Shown piece by piece: positions 1 through 10,113 of a stretch of DNA of 64,000 nucleotides (position 1 is the first letter of the stretch; each line of letters starts with the position of its first letter). The stretch lies in contig OY762428.1 of NCBI GenBank assembly GCA_963665665.1, positions 4,128,001 through 4,192,000 on the forward strand. Direction: 5' to 3'. The notes beneath the pieces are model-generated. The model did no database searches and had not been told where the DNA came from. It saw only the letters and a program-made list of their open reading frames with translations. Source of the DNA: Candidatus Kapaibacterium sp. (lineage in GTDB: Bacteria; Bacteroidota; Ignavibacteria; Kapaibacteriales; UBA2268). The position numbers and the translations under genes were made by a program.

Positions 1-1245
1 CACTGCTTCTTCCAAAGTTTCAGCAGAAGCATCGTGCATGTAGGGTGGTGTTAAAGTAATATTTCGTAGTAGTGGTACTTTTTGCTTGTACATATCGTGT
101 TCATTCTTGGTGAATTTGAACCTTCCCTGATCTGCCGGGGTAATTTCACTTCCCCTGTCAGCATAATAATCATCAAATAAACCCATGTATTCAAACGATT
201 GTCCACCCATGGCTTCGCCCACATGGCAGGCTGCACAGCCAGCCTGCTTAAATGACCGATAGCCTTTCAACTGGTTTTCTGTGATTGCATTTTCATCTCC
301 CATAAGGTATTTGTCGAACGAACAATTCGGAGTAATCAGAGTTTTTTCAAATTCAGCAATGGCATCAGTTATTGAATTTTCCGTAATGCCTTCTTTATAT
401 ATTTCATCGAACCTGGCTTTAAGGGCTGTATCTGATTTCAACCTGGCAACTATGTCATCGAAACTTGCATTTCCCATCTCCTTAGCATCCATTGGGGGGC
501 CTGCTGCCTGTGCTTGTAAGTCGGCTGCCCTGCCATCCCAGAACTGTGCAACATTATAAGCAGAGTTAAATACAGTAGGGGCATTAATTGGCCCATCCTG
601 ATTTTTGATTCCCTTGGATACCGGCAGCCTGTCAACTCCGCCTTTGGCCAAATCATGGCAGGTTGCACAGGAAACGGTATTATCAGCTGAAATCCGGGTA
701 TCATGGTAAAGGTCAAAACCAAGTGCTACTTTTGCAGGATCAGTTTTAAAATAATTCGAAATAGGCCTTACAGGTTCATTTTGCATTGATTCTACTGCAA
801 GGTTTTTACCATAATCAGTCTTGCGTGAGCGTGTTGCCCATTCCAATATTATTTCTTTTTCATTTTCATTAAGTGAGCTACCCCAATGCATCATAGAATA
901 TTGCACCGGAGGCATAAATTGATTAGTTGTTGTAAATTCAATTCTTGCCAGAACTGCTTCCGAAACAGGCTCGCCATTTTCAAATTTTTTGATACAATTA
1001 TCAAGGTTCATTGCTGCAATCCCGTTTTTAATATCATTGGAAACAGGAGGAATAGCAGAGTAAAAAGGCTTGTCGCTTTCAACAGAATGACAGCTTAAGC
1101 AGTCGTTGTCCTTAAGCACGGCAAATACTTTTTGGTGTTTTTTATCACCAGCGTTTTCCAGATTCGAGGAATGATCTTCAAAAAGATTGGCCAAAACGTA
1201 AATTGCAATAGCAATGCCAACCAAAGAGAGTAGAATTTTTTTCAT
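1..1245 (-). CDS. Tri-heme bacterial cytochrome c peroxidase (YhjA/Ccp type), 3'-truncated at window edge
   Basis: Absent from the ORF track and translated by hand from ATG 1245: MKKILLSLVGIAIAIYVLA...DCLSCH...SCATCH...NAPTVFN...QFWDGRA...GCAACH...KVPLLRNI..TPPYMHD. Three CxxCH motifs plus CcP signature motifs. Confidence 0.9.
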   Translation of the reverse strand, partial: MKKILLSLVGIAIAIYVLANLFEDHSSNLENAGDKKHQKVFAVLKDNDCLSCHSVESDKPFYSAIPPVSNDIKNGIAAMNLDNCIKKFENGEPVSEAVLARIEFTTTNQFMPPVQYSMMHWGSSLNENEKEIILEWATRSRKTDYGKNLAVESMQNEPVRPISNYFKTDPAKVALGFDLYHDTRISADNTVSCATCHDLAKGGVDRLPVSKGIKNQDGPINAPTVFNSAYNVAQFWDGRAADLQAQAAGPPMDAKEMGNASFDDIVARLKSDTALKARFDEIYKEGITENSITDAIAEFEKTLITPNCSFDKYLMGDENAITENQLKGYRSFKQAGCAACHVGEAMGGQSFEYMGLFDDYYADRGSEITPADQGRFKFTKNEHDMYKQKVPLLRNITLTPPYMHDASAETLEEAV

Positions 1246-1419
1246 CGCATTTCCATTTTTTTATTAATAGTAATCCATAACTTGATAAATATATGAAAAT
1301 CTGGAATAAAATGAAATCATTTAAGGTAAATAATACCCTGCTCAAACAAACATGACTTGCTTCCGGGATAGGCAGCAAGGGATTATTGTGAACCGGATTG
1401 CCGGTCAGGACATTGTTTT

Positions 1420-3618
1420 TTATGTTTTCTTGCTTTTATTTAGCGGGAACTCAATAAAAAACACCGAACCCTTTCCGGGTTCACTTTCCGCCCATATTCT
1501 GCCTGAATGCATATCCATGAATTCTTTGCATAATATCAGTCCCAGCCCGGTACCTTTTTCATTGTCTGTTCCAACTGATGTCAGGTTTACATCAATTCTG
1601 AAAAGTTTATCAATATCTTCCTGAGACATTCCAATACCAGTATCGCTAACATAAGCTATAAGTTTTTTATCTTTTATATCAGCACCTACTGTGATTGTTC
1701 CCTGGTGAGGAGTGAATTTAATTGCATTTGATATCAGGTTTCTCATAACTGTCAGCATCATATTGGCATCAAAGTCAGCAAACAATTCCTCATTGGTTTT
1801 TGATATGAGTTTTATTTGTTTCATTTCGCTGTTCATACTAAGAAATTCAATATTTCTGTCAATTATTTGTTTGAAATTTCCGGATAAAGGTGTGAAATCG
1901 ATTTTACCTCTTTGCGACCTGGACCAGGTAAGTAAATTCTCCAATAAATTATACAGGTATCGGGATGATTTTGCCATTTCGGAAATGAAATCACGTTTTT
2001 CATCTTCACTAAAGTCATCATAATCTTTATCCATCAGTTCAAGAAGATTTTTAAAACTGCTGAACGGATTTTTCAAGTCATGAGCAATTATCGAAAAAAA
2101 CTTATCTTTTGTAGCATTCAGATCCTTTAAATTATTTTCTGATTTGACAAGGTGCTTATTTGCAGAATTAAGGTCACTGTTTGCTATTGCTAAGTTCCTT
2201 TCTGATTCAGAAAGTTTAATATTTGTTTCTTTAAGAAGTAAGTTGTTTTCTTCAAGGGTATTATTCAATCTTTTAATGATTTGTAATTTCTTCCAAAACA
2301 TAGTAATACCAATTAGAACAACAAGTGCAAAAATTGAGAGGATTATAATAATTATCTTTTGTTGTTTTATACTGTATTCTTTTAAAGCTCTTTCTTTCTT
2401 CAGGGAGTTAAGATTTCTTTCATTTTCCATACGGGTGGAAACTTCTTTTATGGAGAATTTGTTATATTTTTCGTAGACTGTATCTTTTATGGAGTTGTAA
2501 ATATTCTGATATTTACTGTATTTGTCGAAATTTTTAAATTTTTTAAAAGTTTCTGATAAATAGTATGAGCTTTCAAGTGCCGGTTTATAAAGATCATAAG
2601 TTGTTGACAGGTCTAAAGCATTTTTAGCAAATTCAATGGATTCATTAGATTTGTGATTACGATCAAAAAATTCAGCAAGGTTTAAATATCTGAACGCCAG
2701 GCTCTGCTTGTCGCCAACATTGATAAGTGTATCAAGCGAGGCTTTGATATACAATTCAGCTTTGTTAATATCTCCTTTATCTTCGAACAATAATCCAATT
2801 AAGTAAAGGCATCTTGCAAAATTAGCTCTTACTTCCAATTTTGATCCGATTTCATTATAATAAGCCGAATCAATTATTTGCAGGGCATGTTTGTAAGTAC
2901 TCAGAGCAGAATCATACTGTTTCTTCTGAAAATACATTTCGCCGATATATATCCAGGAATGTCCTATTCCGAATGTATGGTTTTGTTTCTTCCTGAATTC
3001 GAGCCCTTTTCTGAAAAAATACATAGCGGAATCATAAAGTCCTTTCTTCTGATAGCAAAGCCCAATGTTATTGTTAGCAACAGCTTTTCCGGTAAAGCTC
3101 CAATATGAATCCCTATCCTTCGGGTCAGTAATTTTTTCGCTGTTATATCCCAAAGAGTCAAATCCTATTTCTGCTGTTTTATAAAATTTTATTGCTTCAT
3201 CATACATCTGCTCGGAAAAATATATATTTCCAATAAATACATAAAGCCAGCAATAGTCTCCGTGAAAGCTGTCATCAATAAATTTCATCGCGGTATAGAA
3301 ATTTTCCAGAGCTCTGCCATTAAGCCCCTGGTCACGATAAATAGTTCCAATACTAACATAGTTGGCGGCACGAAAATTATCATTATTATACTTTTCTCCG
3401 AGCCTGATCATTTTATAATGGAAGTTCAAAGCCTTGAAAGGATTTGTACGGCGGTAGTAATCAGCAATGATCGAGTACTGCATTTTGGAGGGTTTATCAT
3501 ATTCTCCCTGTTTAACCTTAGCAATTAGCAAATTTGCCAGGCTGTCTGTGTTAGGAACTTCAGATTTAGCATAGCAAATAGAAAGAAATATTATTATAAT
3601 GATAAACTTTAATTTCAT
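1420..3618 (-). CDS. TPR-containing membrane sensor histidine kinase
   Basis: Signal peptide, TPR repeats, TM segment, coiled coil, HisKA (FSIIAHDLKNP) and HATPase (NLISNAIKF, DTGIG, GTGLGL). Confidence 0.92.
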   Translation of the reverse strand: MKLKFIIIIIFLSICYAKSEVPNTDSLANLLIAKVKQGEYDKPSKMQYSIIADYYRRTNPFKALNFHYKMIRLGEKYNNDNFRAANYVSIGTIYRDQGLNGRALENFYTAMKFIDDSFHGDYCWLYVFIGNIYFSEQMYDEAIKFYKTAEIGFDSLGYNSEKITDPKDRDSYWSFTGKAVANNNIGLCYQKKGLYDSAMYFFRKGLEFRKKQNHTFGIGHSWIYIGEMYFQKKQYDSALSTYKHALQIIDSAYYNEIGSKLEVRANFARCLYLIGLLFEDKGDINKAELYIKASLDTLINVGDKQSLAFRYLNLAEFFDRNHKSNESIEFAKNALDLSTTYDLYKPALESSYYLSETFKKFKNFDKYSKYQNIYNSIKDTVYEKYNKFSIKEVSTRMENERNLNSLKKERALKEYSIKQQKIIIIILSIFALVVLIGITMFWKKLQIIKRLNNTLEENNLLLKETNIKLSESERNLAIANSDLNSANKHLVKSENNLKDLNATKDKFFSIIAHDLKNPFSSFKNLLELMDKDYDDFSEDEKRDFISEMAKSSRYLYNLLENLLTWSRSQRGKIDFTPLSGNFKQIIDRNIEFLSMNSEMKQIKLISKTNEELFADFDANMMLTVMRNLISNAIKFTPHQGTITVGADIKDKKLIAYVSDTGIGMSQEDIDKLFRIDVNLTSVGTDNEKGTGLGLILCKEFMDMHSGRIWAESEPGKGSVFFIEFPLNKSKKT

Positions 3619-3882
3619 AAAAACATATTCAGTAATTTGTAACTTTTAATATCACAATATACAATAAAACGGGCAAATATCAATTTGGGATTATAATGAA
3701 AAAATTCCTTATTACCATAGAAACAGACTATTGATAAATAACATACTATTACTCTGCCCGGAATTGTTATAAGAAACTGATTGCTTCACTCTTTCAATTA
3801 TAGTCTGACAAATAAACTTTACCCTGAGATAACACTATGATTAAACCAGACTATAGTCAGATGTATAATAGTGTATAATAAT

Positions 3883-4068
3883 CTATTTCTTCAGATCATA
3901 TTTCAATTTTATTTCGTTCTTTTTTTCTTCATCCAATGATGTCATGTATTGTTTCCAGCCCGGACACCAATTAATGTGCCAGCGCCAGAACCTTCCCCCG
4001 AGAGATTTAGGGTTTGAATCATACTTTGCTCTCATCTTACACGTTTCGCATCCTGGTTGGTTTGCCAT
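3883..4068 (-). CDS. Small Cys/Trp-rich hypothetical protein (61 aa)
   Basis: MANQPGCETCKMRAKYD...RFWRWHINWCPGW...; AGGAAAG RBS upstream; 17 nt downstream of the preceding gene. Confidence 0.7.
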   Translation of the reverse strand: MANQPGCETCKMRAKYDSNPKSLGGRFWRWHINWCPGWKQYMTSLDEEKKNEIKLKYDLKK

Positions 4069-4085
4069 TGATCTTTCCTGATAAT

Positions 4086-5219
4086 TTATATAATATTTTT
4101 GAAATTGCCACAAATATTAAAATAAGCCTCGATCTCTACAAGTAGGTTTGCCCTGCATATATCTGCAATTACATAATTAATTGAATCTGATTCAATATTT
4201 GATTCGCAAATATTCCGAATGGTATCAATATCGCTCTTGTTTTTTATGTAAACTCTGAAATGGGAATCCGTAAATCCATTGTTATCGATATTATAGTCTT
4301 TGGATACTTTGTTTTTTAAAGCATTTATATTTTCTATTGTTTTTAATGTCTGTCCTACAGGATCATTAATATACAAAGTGTTTTCACCGCTGATTGAAGC
4401 AGTACCTGATATGAATAAAAGTCCGGTTTCTGCTGATAGAATTAGCTTTGCTCTTTCGAATTTGGGCGTTTTTTTGCCGCTGATTATTACACTGTCAGAA
4501 TATTTAGCCGGATCAATCTGCAGGGGATTCGAAATCTTAATAATTTTAGCATTATTATTTGGTACAAATCCGACAGCCTGTATCAGGCAGTTGCCTTTTA
4601 CCTGCCCGATTCCTGTTGCAGCGGGATAGCCCGATTCCCATTTTGTATGAGAATATGCTTTTTCCCTTTGCTCGTTTACAATCTGGTAATTCTGTTTCTT
4701 TCTTCCATCCAAATTAGTAAACCCGATTATATCAGGAACGTAATGCCACGCGCGGACAATATTACTCATGCCGCAGGCCCGAATAATTGTTTCTTCATAT
4801 TCAAGAAAGACATTCCTGCTAAATAAATCAGATTCAAAAGGTTCGAAGAAATAAAGCCTGCCCTGTGGATATTCTATCTGAATTTGCAGGTGCTTTTTAC
4901 TATTTATAAACTTTATATCTGAATTACTTTTAGAGGCAAGCATCAGTTCTGCCGATGCAACAGTTCCGTCTGCCGGAGGCTCGCCAATTACAGATATTAT
5001 TATCTTGTCTGAAATATCTGAAAACCTGTCATCAATTATTCGTTTTGCGGACAGGTACTCATTTCTGTTATGATAACAGCAGAAAATATTAAGCGAAACA
5101 GGAATAAAATCATTATCAAACTGATCTATATAGAAGTTATACTGATTGTAAATGAATAAAATAGCCTCGGAAAAACTTTCCGTTCTGTCAATGTTTATAT
5201 TTTGGAACTTTAATCTCAT
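4086..5219 (-). CDS. FkbO/Hyg5 chorismatase-like (Rid/YjgF-fold) protein
   Basis: Motifs VRAWHY, NYQIVN..R, YPAATGIG, PKFERA, FISGTASISGE, DICRANLLVEIEA. Confidence 0.75.
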   Translation of the reverse strand: MRLKFQNINIDRTESFSEAILFIYNQYNFYIDQFDNDFIPVSLNIFCCYHNRNEYLSAKRIIDDRFSDISDKIIISVIGEPPADGTVASAELMLASKSNSDIKFINSKKHLQIQIEYPQGRLYFFEPFESDLFSRNVFLEYEETIIRACGMSNIVRAWHYVPDIIGFTNLDGRKKQNYQIVNEQREKAYSHTKWESGYPAATGIGQVKGNCLIQAVGFVPNNNAKIIKISNPLQIDPAKYSDSVIISGKKTPKFERAKLILSAETGLLFISGTASISGENTLYINDPVGQTLKTIENINALKNKVSKDYNIDNNGFTDSHFRVYIKNKSDIDTIRNICESNIESDSINYVIADICRANLLVEIEAYFNICGNFKNII

Positions 5220-5360
5220 CTGAAATGAACTAAAATCATTTTAATACGTTATCAAAATATCCGAATATTACAAAATTATAACAAAATAACATATAATTTG
5301 TATATTCAAATAGCAGGAATGGAAAAAAATATTTTAAAATTTTCAATTGGAGAAAAAATT

Positions 5361-6152
5361 ATGAAAAAATTAATGTCAATTATGCTAACTCTCACGGTTG
5401 TGGCTTTCATGGCTTCCTGTTCGGAAGATGATAACGGAACTGATCCGAATACAAACGAAGAAAAAACTTACTACCCGATGACAAACGGCGATACATGGAT
5501 TTATAATTACGTCGGGCTGGACCAGAGCGAACAGCCGAAAGACGGAACTGAAACATCTGATACTGTTACTATTACGGGAGCCGAAATGTATATGGGCCAG
5601 GAGGCGACTATTTTTGAAATGTCTTCAAGCGACGGATCAAGCAGAACAACACACATGTATAAGGACGGGAAAAAGCTCTTTGCTTCTGTAATGTATATTC
5701 TTCCCGGCGGTGATGATCTTGGAGTATTTGGCGATTTACCGATCTTTCCCGATACTGATACCTGGGTTCTGCTCGCCGATCCTGATCAGTCGAAATGGGA
5801 TCTTTTGTCTATACCGATTGAAGATTACAGTTTGGATTATAGCGGTGTTACAATAACTGTTGATGGTGATTTTTCTTATTCAGTTGAGAAAGGCTCCAAA
5901 GCGGAATGGGTTATTGGCGGTTCAAAAACCAACGTTCAGGAATACAAAGTAATATACAAATTTGACGGTACTTTTTCCTTAGCCTGGCCAATTGAAAAAG
6001 TAATTACCCTTACTAATCATTATTGGTTTGCTGAAGGTATCGGTCTTGTTAAACGGCAGCTTGATCCGGAAACATTTGATATTTTAAGTTTCCCGATTGA
6101 AATCGACGGCAATAAGAGTGAAATAGATTCATATAATGTAACGGAGGAATAA
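5361..6152 (+). CDS. Hypothetical lipoprotein (paralog 1)
   Basis: Lipobox FMASC; YYPMTNGDTWIY and C-terminal WFAEGIGLVK; GGAG RBS upstream of ATG 5361. Confidence 0.8.
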   Translation: MKKLMSIMLTLTVVAFMASCSEDDNGTDPNTNEEKTYYPMTNGDTWIYNYVGLDQSEQPKDGTETSDTVTITGAEMYMGQEATIFEMSSSDGSSRTTHMYKDGKKLFASVMYILPGGDDLGVFGDLPIFPDTDTWVLLADPDQSKWDLLSIPIEDYSLDYSGVTITVDGDFSYSVEKGSKAEWVIGGSKTNVQEYKVIYKFDGTFSLAWPIEKVITLTNHYWFAEGIGLVKRQLDPETFDILSFPIEIDGNKSEIDSYNVTEE

Positions 6153-6156
6153 TGAT

Positions 6157-6984
6157 ATGAGGAAATTATTGTTTTTAATACTTATTGCTGTTCCTGCTTT
6201 TTTTATTTCATGTGGAGATGATGAAAGTACCGGCCCGTCTAAACCCTCAACCGAAAACCTGCTTCCCGAAACTGTGGGTAGCTGGTGGGTATATGCCACT
6301 TATGAACTGGATACATTGAACAACAGGACTTCGGACGATCCGGTTTATGATTCTACCGTCGTGGCAGGTATGGAATCTATGGCCGGAAAATTGGCTACGA
6401 TCTATTCCTCAATTACTCTGCCTTATGATCCCCTGGATTTGATTGTGAGCCAGTATTATTCTTATGACCGAACAAATAACCGGATTTACATGTTTTCGGG
6501 AATGATCTATGATTTTATCCCCCTGGAACTGCCATTCCAGTTGCCAAAGGACCTGACAGAAAACTGGCTTCTTGTTGCTGATACCGAAGGTACTGAATGG
6601 ACTGCTTTCGAACATAGATATGAAAACGATACAATATCGATTGAAACATTAGGTTCTGCTATTTTGAATGGCGATCTGAAGGTAGTAGTTACCAATGAAG
6701 GTTCGGAAATGCTTGAAACTTCAGAAGGTAAGATCAATACATGGAAATTTAAAATTAATCTTGCCATTTTCAATTCTACTGTTAAATCAGATGCTTGGGG
6801 CGATCTGGAAATACCTATCACACTTGACAGGGATATGTATGTTAATTTTGCCAGTAATATCGGCCTTATCAGGATGAAGATGGACCTTCTTGAATCATCT
6901 ATTCCCGGGCTGGAAATCCCAAAATTCCCCGGATATGAAAGAATATTGGAAAGATGGCGGGTTTTGGTTAATGCCGTTGATTAG
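6157..6984 (+). CDS. Hypothetical lipoprotein (paralog 2)
   Basis: Lipobox FISC; LLPETVGSWWVY and FASNIGLIR resemble the motifs of the upstream gene. Confidence 0.8.
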   Translation: MRKLLFLILIAVPAFFISCGDDESTGPSKPSTENLLPETVGSWWVYATYELDTLNNRTSDDPVYDSTVVAGMESMAGKLATIYSSITLPYDPLDLIVSQYYSYDRTNNRIYMFSGMIYDFIPLELPFQLPKDLTENWLLVADTEGTEWTAFEHRYENDTISIETLGSAILNGDLKVVVTNEGSEMLETSEGKINTWKFKINLAIFNSTVKSDAWGDLEIPITLDRDMYVNFASNIGLIRMKMDLLESSIPGLEIPKFPGYERILERWRVLVNAVD

Positions 6985-7001
6985 ATGAATTGGAAAAAAA
7001 T

Positions 7002-7042
7002 AAAAAAAACTCCTTACGTATATTTCGCAAGGAGTTTTTTTC
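7002..7042. terminator. Bidirectional intrinsic terminator
   Basis: A-run-CTCCTT...AAGGAG-T-run hairpin between convergent genes. Confidence 0.7.
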
Positions 7043-7055
7043 TATTTCACTTATC

Positions 7056-9404
7056 TTACATTCCGGCGCTTATACCAATATATGGCGTGCGCGGCCGGCC
7101 GGGGCCGTACACATATCCGGCATCGCGGCCAAGCCCCGTATCAAAATCTTCCTGGAAGCTGTTCAGGATATTATACATTCCAATAAACAGCTTGATTTTC
7201 GATTCACTGCTTACTTCATAGCTGAACTTACCGTTTAATTCAAAAAAGGTGTCTGTTTCAACTAATTCGTCGAACATTACTTCAGAACCGTCAGGCCTGA
7301 TTCCACCGGCAAGGTGGGGTGCTAACATAGGCCCGGTCAGTACCGAGCTAACATCAATAGCGGCTTTCTGAGTAAGTTTCCAGCTTAAATTGAAATAGCC
7401 GTACCAGTCCGGAGTCCGTAACAATTTATCTGTAGTACCGTCGCCGGATTCAATATCATTTTCATTCCATTCAACAGGATTGTCATATTTTGCCTGCTCG
7501 TAAGTAAATCCTGCCCTGAAATCAAATGTATTTTTCTTAGCAGTCTGCAATTCGAAAGTCAATCCGCTGACGTTTGCCCCGTCTTCGTTATTTCTTCTTT
7601 CCTCAACAATTAGCTGTGAGTTTTCGTCACTTATAACAGTAGTATAGAATACATCTTTCAGGTGAGTTCTGAAAAGATCCAGGGAAATTGCCGTGGGAAG
7701 TCCGAACATATCAAATGAATAATCAACGGCAGCACCAAGACTTGTTGAGTATTCAGGTTTCAGGTCAGGTGAATTAAGGTGAATTTTTGCTTCACCGCCA
7801 ACCTGTGTAATATGAAGATCCTCGTCAAATGTTTGTGGAGCACGGTATCCGGTAGAGAAACTACCTCTTAATGATAACTTTTCAGTTATTTTATAAAGTA
7901 CATTAGCTCTTGGGCTTATTATCAGGTCTTTGATCATATTATGTTTGTCGCCTCTTACTCCGAGAAGTATGCTGAATTCATCTGTAAGAGCCCAGTCATC
8001 CTGAAGATAAAAGCCATGTGTCCTGGTGAATTGGTCAATTATCCTGTTATAGGACGGAGCCCTGTCGATTATATCGTCGTAGTTGACTTCATATCCTGCT
8101 GTAAAAACATGAGCACCTGCTAATCCGTCCATCGGGTGAGTGTATTTTAAACCGCCAACATAAGTTTTATTGTCCGAAGTTCCGTATGCATCAACAATTT
8201 CATCGGAATTCATTACTTCTTTTGCTCCGTAGAAACTTTCCCTGTTTGTTACCTGGAATGATACGTAAGCAGATATCTGGTTGGATGCCTGGCCAAAGTA
8301 GTGATCAATGCTTACACCCCCGGAATTTGTTTTGTGGCTGGCAGATTCGCAGATATTCGCGTGGTGTGGTTCCACATCGAACATATCACCGCCCCGCCTT
8401 TCATCGAACAAAGTATGGAATTCGGCATTCATTTTCGTTTTAGAATCGATTTTATAAAAACCTCTTGCTCCGAAAGAATTCAGTTTCAAACGCGGTACTT
8501 CTGTAAAACCGTCACCGTTGGCATCCCACTGCCTGCGGGAACGTGTCATTCCGAAAATTGCCAGGCCAAGGTTCTGAGCATCATTAACAACTGATGCGTT
8601 CATGTGCCCGTTGAAATCCGGCATAACCCCGTCGGTATATGACTGTGTGATTCCGGCGCTGAATTCATTGCTTACAGGATCCTTTGTAATAATATTTATT
8701 ACGCCTGCTATAGCGCTTCCGCCGAACAAAGCCGATCCGCCACCGCGTATGATCTCTACCCTTTCTATCATATTTGTCGGTAATTGTTCAAGCCCGTAAA
8801 CACCGTTCAGTGTTGAAAAAACAGGCCTGCTGTCTATCAATATCTGTGAGTATTGTCCTTCAAGTCCGTTCAGCCTTACCTGGGTGAAACTGCAATTCTG
8901 GCAATTATTTTCTACTCTGACTCCCGGCTGGAAGCATAAACCCTCACGGAGATCGGAAGAACTTGTCGATTCGAACAATTTTGTATCAACAACAGAAATC
9001 TTTACGGGAACATCCTGGTAAATCTTTTCTGTCCTGGTTCCGCTTACAACAATTTCCTCGGTTTCAACCGGCGCGGATTTCATTTTAACAACAACATTAA
9101 TATGAGAATCATGAGTTTTTGCGGAGTCAGTTGAAACAAGCATCTTCTGCTTTTCATAGCCTACTGCGGTAACTAATAATTCATGAACACCCGGAGGTAC
9201 ATTTTTTACGAAGCACTGGCCTTCACGGTTTACTTTTGCACCGAGAACAGTGTTCAATACTCTTACAGTTGCTCCGATAACCGGTCCGTTATCAATATCG
9301 AATACTTCGCAATGTATGATAAATGTTCTTGCCTGGAGAGGTATATTTGCTGATATGCTAATAATAATGGAAAGGAATAATAATTTCAAAATGTTCATTT
9401 TCAT
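7056..9404 (-). CDS. TonB-dependent outer-membrane receptor
   Basis: Signal peptide, carboxypeptidase-regulatory-like N-domain, EEIVVSGTR, plug domain (NNCQNC...IERVEIIRGGGSALFG...GVINIITK) and beta-barrel. Confidence 0.93.
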   Translation of the reverse strand: MKMNILKLLFLSIIISISANIPLQARTFIIHCEVFDIDNGPVIGATVRVLNTVLGAKVNREGQCFVKNVPPGVHELLVTAVGYEKQKMLVSTDSAKTHDSHINVVVKMKSAPVETEEIVVSGTRTEKIYQDVPVKISVVDTKLFESTSSSDLREGLCFQPGVRVENNCQNCSFTQVRLNGLEGQYSQILIDSRPVFSTLNGVYGLEQLPTNMIERVEIIRGGGSALFGGSAIAGVINIITKDPVSNEFSAGITQSYTDGVMPDFNGHMNASVVNDAQNLGLAIFGMTRSRRQWDANGDGFTEVPRLKLNSFGARGFYKIDSKTKMNAEFHTLFDERRGGDMFDVEPHHANICESASHKTNSGGVSIDHYFGQASNQISAYVSFQVTNRESFYGAKEVMNSDEIVDAYGTSDNKTYVGGLKYTHPMDGLAGAHVFTAGYEVNYDDIIDRAPSYNRIIDQFTRTHGFYLQDDWALTDEFSILLGVRGDKHNMIKDLIISPRANVLYKITEKLSLRGSFSTGYRAPQTFDEDLHITQVGGEAKIHLNSPDLKPEYSTSLGAAVDYSFDMFGLPTAISLDLFRTHLKDVFYTTVISDENSQLIVEERRNNEDGANVSGLTFELQTAKKNTFDFRAGFTYEQAKYDNPVEWNENDIESGDGTTDKLLRTPDWYGYFNLSWKLTQKAAIDVSSVLTGPMLAPHLAGGIRPDGSEVMFDELVETDTFFELNGKFSYEVSSESKIKLFIGMYNILNSFQEDFDTGLGRDAGYVYGPGRPRTPYIGISAGM

Positions 9405-9565
9405 CTTTTGCCGACCAATATATCAATTCATAAAATATCAATAAATTCATCTCAAACTGATATTCTTTGTGCCCTGAAAAGAAATATCAATTGCCCTAAA
9501 TTTCATGTTCCTATTGAGCTTAACTGCATATTAGCAGTTTATATGTATGTAGAATATTTGGTGAG

Positions 9566-9931
9566 TTATACTACCGGAGGTGCACGTAACCTGTTGTCCC
9601 TGATAACCTGCCTGGAAAATGACTTTGTTTTTTCAGGTATGAAATTGTCAAATTCCAGAAAAAACAGGTTTGTTTCAAGCGAGAACAGGTTTTGCTGAAT
9701 GTAATTCTGATTACTGATATTATCCAGCATGATTAGCTGGAAGTCAGTATGTGTGTGGTCTTTTAATGGAAGTTTTGAGTCTGATGAATTCGAAAAGGGG
9801 TGGTAATGATAGATATAGCCAAGTTTGATAGACTTATGATAATGCCCGTACATTGAATAATTGTATAATTGCCATGATATTGACAAAAACACAATAAGTA
9901 CAGACATCAATCTGATAATCTTCCGGCTCAT
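9566..9931 (-). CDS. His-rich leader ORF ending in RAPP (putative arrest-peptide / metal-sensing uORF)
   Basis: N-terminal hydrophobic segment, HYH / HYHPF / HTH motifs, C-terminal RLRAPPVV; co-oriented 161 nt upstream of the TonB-dependent receptor. Confidence 0.7.
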   Translation of the reverse strand: MSRKIIRLMSVLIVFLSISWQLYNYSMYGHYHKSIKLGYIYHYHPFSNSSDSKLPLKDHTHTDFQLIMLDNISNQNYIQQNLFSLETNLFFLEFDNFIPEKTKSFSRQVIRDNRLRAPPVV

Positions 9932-10113
9932 TTTCTTATCCCATCCCGAAAAAAACCATCGTTTAACTGAGGCAAACCTAAGAAATAATTTTGTTATAAA
10001 AAACTAAAAAATTCCTTCACTTCAAAAACTATAACCAAGTGTTGTTCATTTCGGATTATAATATTATATTGTACAAAAATTATTACTATTTGTTTATAAT
10101 ATTCGGAGAAGAG

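Noticed and set aside
51-1378. Small ORFs listed in the track in this interval
   Set aside because: They overlap or shadow the cytochrome c peroxidase gene (1-1245, minus strand).
3724-3860. Three CAGACTAT-related boxes (3724, inverted at 3800, palindromic at 3847)
   Set aside because: They could be operator sites, but they are short, irregularly spaced and no regulator is adjacent.
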